Assembly: GCA_965112155.1 (NCBI GenBank)
Contig: OZ218103.1
Source of the DNA: Podarcis liolepis
Lineage: Eukaryota
Direction: 5' to 3' (one strand)
DNA: 64,000 nt
In this document: positions 35,801 to 50,103 of the stretch, piece after piece
Numbering within the stretch: position 1 is the stretch's first letter
Layout: every line of letters starts with the position of its first letter
The notes under the pieces: generated by a model
What the model saw: the letters and a program-made list of their open reading frames with translations, nothing else
Told to the model about the DNA's origin: nothing
Database searches by the model: none
Made by a program: the position numbers and the translations under genes

Positions 35801-36857
35801 CATGCAATCATTCATCACAATGCATAATTTTAGTTTTAGCTGATTCAAGCACTATAACTCCTTCTCTCACACACTCTGCAATGGAAACATACTCTGTGAG
35901 TAAAGAGCATCACAGATGCAGGGTTTTTCCTATATCTGCCAGAATCCTAAGTGTATTTCTGTTGGTAATTAAATATTTAATGATATTTAATTATTAAAGC
36001 ATTTGTGTCTCACCCTTCAGGTGTACATGCACCACTCAGGGCAGCTAACAACAAGTAACATCATGCTGCCTGTAGAATGGAAACATTTGCATTTGCACTC
36101 TGTCACCAGTGGCAAAGAATCTCCATACCTTACATGCTGCTGCTGCTACTACTGTAAACTGCTTGTTAAGCATCTGCTTGTTAAATGTGGATCTTGCTAG
36201 ATGCAATTTGTATAGGAAAATTAGCTTAGATTTCATATTTTAGAAATTTAAATATCTAATGTACAAAGGAAACTCTGAGAAATAAAATATGGGACTAGCT
36301 AGAGTTTATTTTACACCGTTATATATTTGCTGGGATGGAAAGGCAGCCGATGTATGACACACATATGAATGAGTTGTGCTTTTTTAAGATTTTTGTTGTC
36401 ATTTCTTTGTGCAGAGAAAGAGAACTCTAAATGGTAAGTGGCAGAAATTTTGCAGAGATCATTCACCACTGTGGAGGTGCTAGAAGGTGACTGTAATTTT
36501 ACCTCATTTCTCTAACTTTTGACTTGCTTTGTCTTTGGGACTATGTCTGGGGCTTGCCTTGGATGGAAGGCATTACTAGGGAAAGACCCTGTCCATTTTC
36601 TATTTTAGAACTACAGGTCAGACTCAAACAGCTTCTTCTCAGGTTTTATGAAATTTCAGCATATTCAATTTTCACAAGCTGTTTGAGTAACACTGTGTGA
36701 ATGACAGATAAAGTGTTAAATATATGGATTATAATCAAACATTTGTGCTTTCTGCCAACATCTTAAGAGCTTGTAGTAACTGGCACTAATCTCTGTTTAG
36801 TCATACTCTGCTAACTAGTTTGGCAAGTTCATCTATTTCTACTGAGAATTCTCTTAC

Positions 36858-36914
36858 CTGAGTGACTCTACCAAGATTTTCATCTATGTCCAACAACAGG
36901 CTTCCATTCTCCAG
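36858..36914 (-). CDS. DAB1: DAB1 alternative 57-nt cassette exon in intron 9 (chicken exon 9-2 / mammalian 9b-9c equivalent)
   Basis: ttacAG|CTGGAG...ACTCAG|GTAAG, phase 0-0, LENGSLLLDIDENLGRVTQ. Resembles the 19-aa insert of chicken Dab1-E (remembered as LENGNLLLDIDENLVSVTQ) and mammalian 9c NRNLPTDFDEIFEATK. Confidence 0.9.
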
Positions 36915-36923
36915 CTGTAATGC

Positions 36924-36991
36924 ATGATTGATGAAAATGAAAGTGAATGATTTATGAAAATGACATGTTCTGCTGAGCACAACAATGATGA
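36924..36991 (-). promoter_or_regulatory. YCAY cluster (Nova-type intronic splicing silencer) upstream of the 57-nt exon
   Basis: 7 YCAY tetramers in 36924-36963 and 2 more at 36985-36991 on the transcript strand, occupying the polypyrimidine tract region. Confidence 0.8.
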
Positions 36992-39900
36992 CTTCAACAA
37001 TTATTGATTTTACTTCTGAACAAGAGCTATTTTATAGTTTCCTGGTCAGATGCTTTTGCTTGCCTCAGTGATTATACACATACTATAAGTTTTCATGGTT
37101 ATATCGTACAAAGAAACAGAACCCAGCATGGAGAAGTGAAAATGAAGGGTTGGGAATATCCATTTAAGAAAAACCACAGGTCTCAGTGGCTTCCCTTGAG
37201 TTCTCTGGGCTGTATAAATGGACTATAATATGGGACATTGAGGCAAGGGGAAAGAGCACAGAAGTTCTCATACACAGGGGTCCCTAGGGTGAGGATGACT
37301 TCCACCTCTACTGTGTCCTACATATATTTCCTCATATATGAAAATGGTCAACATCCACTCATAAGAGAAAAATAAATCCTTGCAACTGAACACATTACAA
37401 TGGACAGAAACACCACTCATTGCCTATAGTTATAGGGATGCCACGGGACCCACACCAACCATTGGATTTCACCATTATTTTCTCTGAGCAAAATCACTTC
37501 TCTATTAGGGAAGGAAAAATAAAGTTCCAGAATGAATCAGAAAGTCCCTTCAAAATGAACCAGGCAGTCCTTTTGTCTTTTCTGAATCTGGAGAAAAGCT
37601 CTACAACAGACTTCCACAATCTGGTGCCCTCCCAGTGTTTTGAACAGCAACTTCCACCATCCCTAGTCATTGGCCAAATCCTAGAGAAGAGACTTCCTGA
37701 TTTATTTTTAAGATGTTCTGGGGTGTCCCGGGGCTTTCGTGAATGTATATTTTTCTCACAACTTTGGCTTCCTTCATATGCTAACAATACTGAAAGGCAG
37801 GAAGAGGCTCATATCTTTCAAAGCAATTACTTTCAATTGTGGCTTCACATTTTGCTTAATAACTCTCATTCTAACAGGGCTAGAGATTTACTTTAAAAAA
37901 AAATAATGCCAAGGTCCCCTTGTTGGTTGTGGGCCCAGTACAGACAGCCCCTGAACTCCACCTCTCATCCCAATGGCCCCAGTCAGCATGTGTGCATCTA
38001 TAAGCTATCAGTTGGCCCAATGCACCATTTAGGGTTAATTTTCCTTTTGTTCTCCTGCCAGCAGGAGAATACCGGTATGTAGTCACTACTTATGGACTCG
38101 CTTTAAGAAAGGCCTACAAAGGTTAACCAGCATATGATTTCAGAGAAGCAAGAAGGCAGAGATTACTTTGCTACAAATCATGTACGTTTTCAGAATCTAA
38201 AACAAATTATCTTTTTTCTTGCGACAGGATTTATCTTGCTTCTCCTCCTCCTGAGCATCACTCCAGCTGTCCTAAAAGTTCTTCACTGCTGTCACGCTGA
38301 GTCACGCTGTGCCCTCAGCTGCCTTGCTGAACCAACACTGATTGCTCTTATGAAGCTGTCTGGAGAAACAGCAACAGCGTAACACTGGAGAAACATGTGT
38401 GCGGCGTTCAACAGACCATTAGCAACAACCTGATTGTGCTATGGCAGGACCTCCCAGAAAATAGTTGCCTGCCATGTCACTGCATGTCCCAAGTGCCCAA
38501 TTATCATGGAGCACTTGGGCTGTATCCTCCATCAGTTCTTGTTCTGCATCACTTGCCGCTGAGGAGATGCTTCCTAAGGGTGAGCCATTAGTGTCTATTA
38601 GACCGTGGAAAAGTCTTCAGCGGAGACTTCACAGGACTACACTGCTCTAACTGGGGGCAAATATTTGGCACCGTTTGTCTGTCTTTCCTTAGACGTTTCA
38701 ATACAAAAGGTTTCTCCAATTAGAGCAAACCCTCCTGCACCCCCCACCTGCTTCTTCCTAGCGAGCTGCAGAAACAACCGGCAGCATAGCAAGACGTTAG
38801 ATTGCTTGATCTTTCTGTATAATTGCAGCCTTTGTGGATTTCTCTCTGTGTGTTAAAATGTAAAGGCTGCTTCTAATTACTTGAAAATCTGTCTCATCAC
38901 AGATCAAAACATACACACACATACCCCACAGCTCAGTCAGTGAAGAACACACAAGCAAGTTGCCTGAAGGGGTAGGGGGAATAGCAAAAACCCTCCTACC
39001 AGGAAGGCATTAAGCCTTTCAACAACTGTTGTGTCTCCTCCTGTTGGCATACAGAAAGAGAGGTTGCAAATGTTTCAACCCGATGTTTAAATTAAAAGGC
39101 ACCTGTTTGGGTTTTGTAAGCCTCTCCATTGCCACAACATTTGTCACTTGGTGGAAGGGAAAAGACAATATCATATTTGTTTTTTAAAATAAAAATTTGT
39201 AGGAGGTTAGTGAAACAACAGGATACAATGTAGTCTACCTGTGCTATGTTCATTGAGAAACACACCCACACCCACCCACCCACGGGGGGGGGGGGGAGGG
39301 GAGAAGTTAGGTTGTATCCCATGCTAATCCTACTCATCTAATAGACCAGCTGAAGTTAATGGATACAACTAACTTAAGTTCATTAAGTTCAATGGGTCTA
39401 AGTTGGGCTAGCATTAGACAAAATCCCGGGTCTTGGATTCTTCACCTTTATATTTGACAGACAAAGCAAACAGTTTAGACAATTGGTACATTTCAATTCC
39501 AAATAGCCATTCTCTTTTTGAACTCCTCCTGCTGCTAATCTGGTGCTTGTTTTTCCATGATATTCTATCATGTTTGTGCCTTATTTTACCACCAGCCTTT
39601 TGAGCATGCCTCATTCAGTCTAACGGAGCTTGTATAGAATTGATTTCTGATGAATTTTGCCCAATATATTTAGGTCTGCAAACCTCCTAGGAATGTATTC
39701 TCCGGAATCATTTATTCCTGGCATTAAGTCTCCTTTGTGCACCCACTGTTAATATTAGCAAATGCTCTGTGGGAGGCCTCCAAGCCTTAGAATAGTTTAT
39801 TAAGCAATTAATGAAGTTTTTAATTCTTAAAATCTTTGCAGCAGGAAACGTTTGAGCAAATCATAAAAAATATCACTGTCTTGACCTAATGGATAGAGAT

Positions 39901-40119
39901 GCTGCTTCAAAAATCTAATAAAGTAGTTAATTGCTTTGTCTCTCATCTCCATAATGCATTATTAAAAAGCCTTCTCAAAACTGACACATCTCAAAAATGC
40001 AAGCTCTGGAAGCTGAGAACAATCCTTTCTAGTCTCTATTGTAAATCATTCCTGAGCTGCCAGGGGACTCCCACATTGGTGTGTGTGTTTGATTTGAAAC
40101 TGCCTGAAGAAGTGCTCTG

Positions 40120-40870
40120 CTGGCTTAGGCCAGTGGCTCATTTAGTCCAGCATTGTCTTCTCACAGCTTCTTACTAGATGCCTAGGAGAAGCCCACTAGC
40201 AGGACATGAGCCCAACAGCATTCCCAGCAACTAATATCCAGAGGTATACTCCCATCAACAATGGATATGGAACACAGCCAGTAGCCTTATTTTCCAATAA
40301 TTTGTCTAATCCTTTTTTAAGCCATTGGATTTTGGTGGCTATGCACTGCATGAAGAAATACTTCCTCTTGTCTATTCCGAATCTTCCAACATTTAGCTTC
40401 ATTAGATGACCCTGGGTTCTAATATTATGACAGAGAAAATTTTCTCTGGACACTTTCTTCGCACAATGCATAATTTTCTACACCTCTATCTTGTTTCCCC
40501 CTTACCTTTTCTCTAAAGTAAATAGCCCCAAATGTTGTAAGGCTTTGGAAAGTACAAGTACACTGTGACTACTGGATCTCCCCTATCCATATGCTTAGTG
40601 ACACTCTCAACAAATCCTACAAGGATAGATAGACTTGCAGAAGCCATGCTGGTTGTTCTTCAGCAAGGCTTCTTCACCAGCTTGCTTGGTAATTCTAGCA
40701 TTAATAATGCTTTCCACCAGCTTTCCTGGAACAGACGTTAATCTAACCAGATTGTAATTTCCCAGAAAACCCCATCACCACCTGACCTCTTTGTAAAAAT
40801 TGGTCTTACATTGGCTACTTTCTCCGGCACAGATGAGCTTAGGGACAAGTTGCACTTTTTTTCTTTTCTT
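40120..40870 (-). mobile_element. Degenerate CR1 LINE 3' fragments
   Basis: The minus-strand ORF 40196..40471 contains IRTQGHLMKLNVGRFGIDKRKYFFMQ...KKGLDK, resembling the CR1 ORF2 C-terminus. Boundaries approximate. Confidence 0.75.
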
Positions 40871-43800
40871 CACTGAAGGTCAGCAATTTCACATTCAAGT
40901 GAAATTAGTCTTGGGTATCCTCTGGACCGAATTTCATTATATATTGTCAATATTACTTTTTATTTTTGTTTATAATATTTAAGATGTTTATATGGCTTAA
41001 TTTTTGCTTGTGTTAATGGCTAAACCCAAACAGTATCAATCACTATGCTTTGTTTCAAGGCCCACAAAGTAGGAACTGAATCCATAGTTTGGAGCTGGTT
41101 TATGAATCTTGGCTTGCTTTAACCACAGTTTGTTGTTAACTTCTAAACATAGGTTGGTGAGGACTGCTTAGAAAGTTCTCATTAGTGCAGCGAGTGTTAT
41201 GAGTGAAGCGTGTTATCTTGTTCTTAGTTTCCTTTGTATTCCTCACACAGTTTTCAAATTCATCACTTCCAGATGAATGTCTAGGTTAGGTCAGCTAGCC
41301 ACTGCTAATTATTTTCAAATTGTAGCTTAATGTATTTATAAGCAAGTGTTCGCATTAAAATCTTTCGACGTTGAACACAATTCATTCAAGGAACATTAAG
41401 CATTCCACCTCACTTGTTGACTAGCTTCAAAAGAAGAACTTCCTCAGATAATCAAAATGTGTATTGAGCCATTTAAGTTTATTCTACTCAACTTGATTTT
41501 TGTAGTCGAGTTAATTCAAAACTCCTCTCTGATGTGTTTGTTTACCTTTAAATAGGAATCTCATTAAATAGCATGATTTACAACAACACAACAAACACCC
41601 AGAAATCTTTGTAATGTCTTTCCTGACTTAATTCCCTAAGGCTGTTTGACACATCTAAGCATTTATGTGCACCTCATGAAATGCTACCTTATCATAATTT
41701 TATATAGCTTATTTGGTTTTTTTTAAAATAAAAGTGACTATAGGGTTGTTAGGCTACAGTCCTACCATTATAAATTTTAGCAGCACTTAGGCATGGCACA
41801 ACTTTTGACTTGGTTGTAGCCAATTTATCTGTATTTGGCCTGATAATGTAAGTGAATACGGTAGCAAGCTAATTTAAATGGGTAAAATACAAATGCAGGC
41901 TAAGCTACAAGGTAAGGTGGGGATAATACTCTGAAATCAATGGAAAACATGTTAAAATGCAGACATTTTAGAGGAAACGCACTCCGGTTTTTATGAAAGG
42001 TATTTGGAAACAAGCAAGAACAAACTTCCAGGCTGCAAGCCTATAGTCCCTTGGGGGATGCCCAAGGAATATAGGATTTGACAGTTTCCAATGGTGGAAA
42101 CACCCTCTGTATTGTGGAAAGGCATCTGCACCCAGTGCCCTTCCAAGGTTGGAGGCGTGTCATGAGATGCTCCAGAATTCTCACAATCCTGACACATCCC
42201 TCAAACAGGAAGCATAGTAGCATAGCATAGGAAAAACACACCTCTCCCTTCTTTTGCCTTGCTGCAATAAGCCCAGCATACACACACCTACACCCCCACC
42301 CCCCACGTCAAGAGGTGACCTGCTTAAGCACGATACTTGATTCTTGACCCCTAGGTCTATGAATCTCATTACACAGAACATTATGCAAATATGAAAAAAA
42401 CTCAAATCCAAAACAAAAGTGTAAATCTTGCTGTAAATTATATGGTATATGGTATTGTTAATTATCTGTTTAGAGATTTCAAGAATGGAAGCTTGTTTTT
42501 TCCTCCTCCTAGAAATAGTTCCTTGGTTAACGAGAAAGGGTAGTCATACTGTAAATACATACATATAAACATGCAAGCATAGACACGCCTCTTACAAAGT
42601 TGAGCCACATTATTCATGTCCATGAGAGCAGACACAGCATGTTTGCCAGTGCAATTTATATTCAACATGGACTAGTAGACCCCAGGATTCATGTTATGGA
42701 GAATGAATATGTCCTCTCACTTTACAGGTTGCACCCACAGTAAAACTTGCCCTTCTTTGGTAATGCTGCTGGGGAGGATCCATTTTTGTTTTGCAAGACC
42801 CCAGAAGTTGATGAGAGAGGGAGCAGGGAACCCTTTGCCCATTTAACTAAGGTGTGATTTGATGAGAGAGGGGACCAGTGAATGTGGGTTGGGTCACTGG
42901 TGCCTGAGGTAAGGAGAAAATATTGAGGAATAAGTCAATTGTGCTGCTTTCAGACACTTTACTGGGGTGAAATAATTAATTATCACCATCATTATCCTTC
43001 TCTTTTGTTTACCTTCTGCTACATGCCCTGGAGCTGAGTCATTTCTATAGGTTAATAGATATTCCTCCCGAGTTTCCACTATGAGGTAAATAACTGCAGC
43101 TTCCTCAGGTACAGGCTGGAAGGAATCTAGACATTTTACTAATAAAAGTAATATTTTTGCTCTACTTTGATATGACCTGAATAGCATAACTGCAGTCTTT
43201 TGCTATGCCACTACAAAATCAACAAATCTAGGTCATTTGAGCTCCTTCCAGTGCCATATTTTTTTCCTGAGCAATGCTAGCATGGGAACAAGTCATGCCA
43301 TGGCCTCCTCCATGTGGCCAACATCTTTTGTGGCATCAAAACTAACATCAAAAGAGGTGCTTCCAATCTATCCAATAATGTAAAGGGCGGCGGCGGGGGG
43401 ACTTCAGCTGTTTTGTTTGAAAGCATTAAAATTTAAAAACGATCCCTGAAGCGTTTCCTCCGGGTTTCTATAGACTGTTCATTACAGGAATCAACTTGAT
43501 TACAGCATTTATTTTCCCATTATAGTGGCATGATCCAAAATCCCACATGCAGAACCTTTCCATCCTCATCAATTAAAGAAACAAAACAAAACAAAACAAC
43601 CCAGTCTCTGCATATGGTGATTCTCATGGTGCATGTGGATCATTTCTGTAGCCTTAGAAGTCAAGGAAAATTTTCCCTGCACAAACTGAGATCTCCATGT
43701 ACACTGCATTTGCTCCATCACATCCCAAATCTGTATATGTTGTGTAGTCTGGGGTAAAATTGTTGTGTAACCTATTAACACATTTTCAATGGGTAAGTTA

Positions 43801-46800
43801 AGCATTTTTTTGTTGTGGACTTCCTCAAATATTTGAGAAGGTATAAGTGAGAGAAAAGGGGACTGTAACCATTCAATGGTTACATTCAAATGGATGGCCA
43901 TTCAAATGGATCACCTTGTCAAACCTAGCCAAAGAGTGCAATTACATTAGAACACACTATCTGTCAGTTAGCCTTATGCAGAGAACCATGTGTCCTTTGG
44001 GACAGCAAATAATATGTAGGTTGGGTTCTCACCAACTAGGTGCGCTCCCACCCACCCACCCACCCACCCACATTACACAGACAGGCTTCTCTGATCTACA
44101 GCTTTCATTGGTGGCAGAAACAAGCAAACAATCAATTCATAATTATAATTCACCATAGGTGCCATTTAATAGGAAGTTCTCCAGCAAAATCCCCACTGAA
44201 TAGGAATGATTGAAGACCAGAACAACACACTTACATGCAAGTAAATTTGCATGGGAAAACATCATGATAGGATGTGGCAATCATATACATGGCAGATCCT
44301 AATTCTAGGACATACCTATATCACTACTATATTCATATCTGGTGATCTAAAGATTTAATTTTAAAGGCAGCTAAAACTTGTATCTGACAAATTAGCTCAA
44401 GTTCAGAAGAAGCTAACAGCTTGCAGATTATTTTTTTCAATTTTCAGAAAGAAAGAAAGAAAATATTCTAAAGAGCTGGAGTTAAAACAAGCAGAATACC
44501 ACTTTGAGATTCAGAAATGCCATATTCAAATTGAGAGGATGTATTACATTTTATGAAACATTGGCATAACATTTTCCTCACATTTAAGATTTTGCCAGAC
44601 CTTGTTATCTTATGCTTTTTCAGGATAAAATAAAGGGAAATTCTCTATTTAATTCCTTAGACTTAACTTAATAAGAATACATTTTATCTTGCATTAAACT
44701 GACAAATGTTTCCCTAAACTGGCAGGAAAACTATTTTTCAAATCCCGTAATAGTTTGCAACTCACAAAAACAAGAGAGGCTATTTAAGAAAGTACCAGTG
44801 TTCTCTACTGAAGAGCTGAAGGTATAAATTTTCTGAGTGAACATGCTTGGTGGGATGAGAGATCATGTGAATTATAGCTAAACACATTGATTTAAGATTA
44901 CCCCCTCCTCAAAAAGAAAGATGGAAAAGGCTCTCGGTAATGTTTTTTTTTTCTAGAACCACTTCAACAAAAGGAGACAAAAACTATTTCATCAGTGCCG
45001 GGCCAATATGTGAAGGCAGTAACAGGCTCTCCCCATTCTTTGTGATATCAGCAATGTTTCAGGCCATGTGCAGACAGTGGGAGAAATGTTTGCTTCCCTG
45101 TAATGTGGCATCTGTTAGTTTTAAAGGAGTTTATGCACACAGCAGTACACGGTTTTCCAAGAGGGAAACGCATACTTCCTCTGCTACAGATGCCCTGCAT
45201 CACATCCCTACACCTCTGTTTGCAACATGCTTTTGAGCTAGCTATTTGAGATGGCTAGGAAGCACCCTTCATCACTTTTCTGGTGGTATGGGAACTGGTG
45301 GAAACAAATTAGCATAAAAAACAAACTGTACATTTTCAAGGAGAATTTTGATAAAGTTACAACTTTTATTATGTTTTTGGAATATTAATAGACGGAAGAT
45401 GCTTGCTTTCAGAGACAGGTGCAGGTGCTCTCTGAATTAGAGGCAGGAGCAGTAATTTGAGAATAAAATGAATTAATTTAAAGAGAATAATGTAACAGTA
45501 ACAGACAGAATTTTCTTAATTAAAAATGTCAGAAAAAGTCTTACTGACAAAGTGTCTTTTTTCAATTATGTTTTTTTCCCCTGGTCTGGGGGCCTCTTCT
45601 TTTTGACTTGTTGCTAGTGGTAGTGTTGCACTGCTCAGCAATTGCAACATAGCTGGGATTTTGCAGTGCCTTTGTTTTCTCCCTTGGTGTAAAAGCAGGC
45701 TTCCCTGGATTGTTATATGATGTTTGGACATGTGCCCTCTTCACACACCCCAAATTGGTGAGGATTAGAGGACAGGAATTCATTCAGAACCAGGAGAGGA
45801 ATAATTGGTGGATCATTCCAATAGGAAACATTACACTAATCAGTAATATAATTGCTCCAGGAGATGTGACTATGCATCTTGATAACTGATGTCAACATTT
45901 TTCATTTTTTAGTTTGCAATATTGTGGCATTTATAGCCTTGATATTCCTGCACTTTGCAAAAGTATCAAGTGAGGGAGAAGGATTTATTGTTGAAACACA
46001 TTGACAGCATATTGATGTCCCAAGCAGAAAGTTAAAGAGATTTGCACATCACAATAAACACAGGACAGCAGTGATGAGTTCTCCTGTTCTGAAACATGAA
46101 TTCAGATTTACCCTATGCACCAATGTATTAATGCTATATTTGTCCCTACCCCAATCTACACTATTTGTTCTTATTGGTAAGATAGAAATGTGAAGACAAA
46201 GGTAATTTTTGCTTTGAAGGAGCAAAACTTGAAAATCAAAACTTAATGTAACCTAGAAATTCAGTGAAGGAACATATTATGTAAGAAATATTAATGTTTC
46301 CAGTTCAATTTCTATAGCTGAGAAGTATTTCATTCATAAAGACAACTTCATCTCACAACTGCCATCTAGCAAATACTATATATGCTCAAGGAAAAAATAA
46401 ATGCAACATTAACGTGATTATAAATGTCTAGATGGAATTGTGGAAATAGGTCTCCTGCTTTGCTTAAGCAAGCTGCACACATTGCTGGAGGGCAGTTCCT
46501 GCAGATGCTCCCCCGAATGCCATCTGGATACTACTTTTGAATCCAAGGTACAAGAAAAACCTACCAAGGTACATTTAATAATACGACAGGGCAGGAAGGC
46601 TCGTCAAATGCACACAGCATACAGTGATGTGTGCATTGCTAGATACAACCTAACAACATTCCATGAAAACATATAGAGCATGACACAAAGTTGATAACAT
46701 AGGTTGCAAAGAAGACAGCAGCAGCTGCATGTTGACTGCTTACAAACGCTTCTGCTACAATGGTGCGATTTCTGCACTGAGACAAACACTTTTCACCTTT

Positions 46801-49800
46801 GCTACTCAAGCTTTGCCATTAATGATCACCAGAGTTCCCCTGACAAATTGTACTAATATCAAGACAAATAAACAAACTATGATTCTATCCCTACAAGTGT
46901 ATCTGTAACATGGGGTTCATTCTGTATCTCTTGCTGGGTGAAATGTCTACACACACACAAACACACACACACCAAACACCATCTTTATTTTAAACAAACT
47001 AATAAAAAAAAATCCTTTACAAGTAGATCACTTTCTTTTTTGCTTGGCAAAACCAAATTCTCCTGGTCTGTTAAAACCCTCTTTAGTTTTGCACGTACAA
47101 ACTACTGGCATTTTCAGTCAGTTTCTTATTTGAAAACATGGATTTAAGAGTTGAGCATCCAGTGAATACAGAAATCTAGACCTGGATAAGTTTTCAGAAC
47201 TATGGTTTAAATTTCACTGGTTAAATCTACTTAAACATTTTGTAGGCCATGATCCAGCAGAAGCTTCCATTCATTAATTTCAATGGGGCTTGTGCAAGAA
47301 AGCTTCTGTTGGATTTTGACCCAAATGCTAAGAGAGTAGTTAAGGGTTAGTCTTACTTACTAAAAGCAGGTATGAGATTAAATTTAATGATCTGCTTTGA
47401 ATTATACATATGGGGGAAATCTCAAAATAGTGTGAGTGGTGCCTGTTCATGCAACAGGGTGTCGGCTTTCCCTTCTTCATCCTGCAGTCCTAGGCATGCC
47501 CCCCATCCTCCAAAAGAACTGCCCTGGAAACTCTGGATGGGGACCCACTGTTGTCCAGACTGATTTCCACTGCACAGGTGAGAAGACATCACTGGATCTA
47601 AACCATTTTTGTGTGTAAGCAATCCTGAGTAGTCTTTTGCAACCAAGCAAACAAATGTAATATTAAAATTTGGGATGCTTAGAAGTTAAACATGAACAGA
47701 TTGTTGTTATTGGTCCCAATTTAAGCTCAAAATTTGTGAAGCTCATGTGTTAACCATGACCAGATTATCATTAGTGTTCTGAGCACTACTATTCCTTGCT
47801 GAGCTTCTAGTAGGAGATACAAAGAGAGATTCAGTATATTTCATTGCCAACCTTGACATTCACAAACCTTCATCTGATTATTGTGAGTCATTGGATACTA
47901 AGGAGAATCCATGGAATTACTGACTTGCTAGCCATAGTGAGTTTTCCTCCAGGATCTTTAGTATCCAAATTGGCTTTCGTATTTGCATTAGTAAAAATAT
48001 TTTTGTGACTTGTAGCTCTGAGTAACCACTTGTACACTTACATACATCCATGCACATATATTTGTATATTTCAACAAATGTGAATAACTACTATTACTTC
48101 TACTACTGCTATATAAGAATGCGACAGAAACACATCTTAAGTAGAATAAATCTTTCCAAAAACCTACACCCATTCAAATCATAACTGATGTGGGTTGAGT
48201 CCTAATATCCTGATTTGCAAACAGATGACACCTACTCTGCCCAGGGATACATGACTAATCAATGGCAGGCAATGGGGGATTGTGGAAATGCGGTAGGGAT
48301 ACATCTTTATATAGAACTGTGATGAGTTGTTTGAAAGCCTTCATAAAATTGTAAACAGATAGTTTGGACATGTTGATGGGAAGATTAGGTTTTATTGTGA
48401 CTTGAGTGACAGGCTTAGTGAAGGGTATTTACGGTTTGCCTCCTGTTGCTAAAAACACCATGACAAGCAGAACCTGACATGTGTGCATAATGGGAAGGCT
48501 TTGGGGAAAAAAATTATAAGAAAAAGAGCTCATTAAGAAGCTTGTATTTCAGCAAGCTTCATTTTCACATGCTGAGAAAACTGCAGCATTGGGGAGCCAC
48601 ACAAGGCATGGAAGATCTGCGATTTAGCAAAGGCTGCTTTACTTTGACTTTGCTCACACGCATTCCCAAAAGACTAAGTGGGAAGCTCTGTCCAAAAGTG
48701 GCAGGGAGGACTGGTCAACATCAATATCAAAATAGGAAGGAAGGAAAGAAGGAAAGGCATAATGCCGTCCAGCATTCATACTCAGCAGAGACACCAAATT
48801 AATTTTGCAGAATACAAATGTGTGTAGCTGTTATACACAATTTATTTTCACTCTCCAATTTCTACCCAGCAGATTAATTATGATGTCCATATGCAGCAGG
48901 AGAACAGGAAAATAGCCTTGCCAAGGCTGCTTTCCCCAAAATGAAAATGAACTGTCTTGCATCAGCCACAGTGTTATAAAGTACAGTGAATTAGAAAGAG
49001 GAGAGAATAAGGAAACACTTCTCTGTTGTTAAAGTCATTTAGCCAAAGTCATTTAGACATTCATGTGAGCAAGGTTTACTATTAATAAAGTAAGTGTCCA
49101 TGGATATCTAAATCAGATAGAGGCACACTGGGTAATACAGGCACAGAAATTGAATTTTAGAGCGCTGTCTAATAGAGAAAGCAATAAATTGGGGGGGGGG
49201 GTGAAGGCAACTGTCTTAAAGACAAAGATGGCTGTGTATAAAAGAGAGAACATTAAAACCAATGAGTGGTTGAATAAGATATTGGTTTTAATGTGTGCTT
49301 TATTTATTTTTACTTTGTAGAATTGCTGGATACCTGACTACTCTTCTTTGTGCCTCTTGTACACAGGTGAGAGGAGAGCAAAATCCTGTTCTTTGCACAC
49401 TAATGGAGAATTACTGATCTGTTTTGCTTCTCAGCAATGCTGTAGCCAAGTCCTTGTTCCCAGGATATGGAGCCAGCCTTGGAGTAGACCTGACAGGGGG
49501 ACATTCTCCCTCTGGGGTACTTTTAGGCTTGGCTCTTGGCTTTGTGATCTGTCATCGACTTCACCCCCCATTTCCCCTATGTTCAGTGTTTGCTCCAATG
49601 CAGTATATAAAGTAGTGGAGGACAATGTGAAATTTTAGTGTATGGATATGTAAATTGTCTTTTTTTTCCTTAGAGTGTGGTGCTACCAAAGTGATCTAGA
49701 TTCATTAGAAAATCTGCTATGGTAACTCTGCCACAGGAGGACTTGCATTACTCTGCTCGCCAACCTCCCTGTGATTCCCCGCACAGCAACCCATAAAGCT

Positions 49801-49992
49801 TTTTCTTCCCATCCCATGAAACTACAAAAGCTCGCTTTTCCTTGGGCCTCTTGGGTTTTTATTCATGGAAACCCAGCGCTTTGATACGGCACTACAAAGC
49901 CTGCAATGGAGGCTGCACAATGACAGCCTTACATTTTTATGTATATAGGAAGACAAACCTGTGAGTGTTGAAGAGCTATTGAAAACTTGTTA

Positions 49993-50103
<111 letters not shown>

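Noticed and set aside
37420-38860. Cluster of plus-strand ORFs (up to 158 aa) and an AP-1 motif TGAGTCA in intron 9
   Set aside because: No recognisable protein similarity or consistent splice structure; one copy spans a MITE remnant; a single motif is insufficient.
42808-42875. Short direct repeats (TTGATGAGAGAGGGA x2; similar small duplications at ~27651, ~49030, ~54322)
   Set aside because: Ordinary slippage or micro-duplications with no further structure.
43324-43368. Minus-strand IGSTSFDVSFDATKD, resembling mammalian exon 9c (TDFDEIFEATK)
   Set aside because: Donor (GAT|GTTGGC) and acceptor are weak, there is no YCAY cluster, and the 57-nt exon at 36858-36914 already accounts for the homologue; probably chance.
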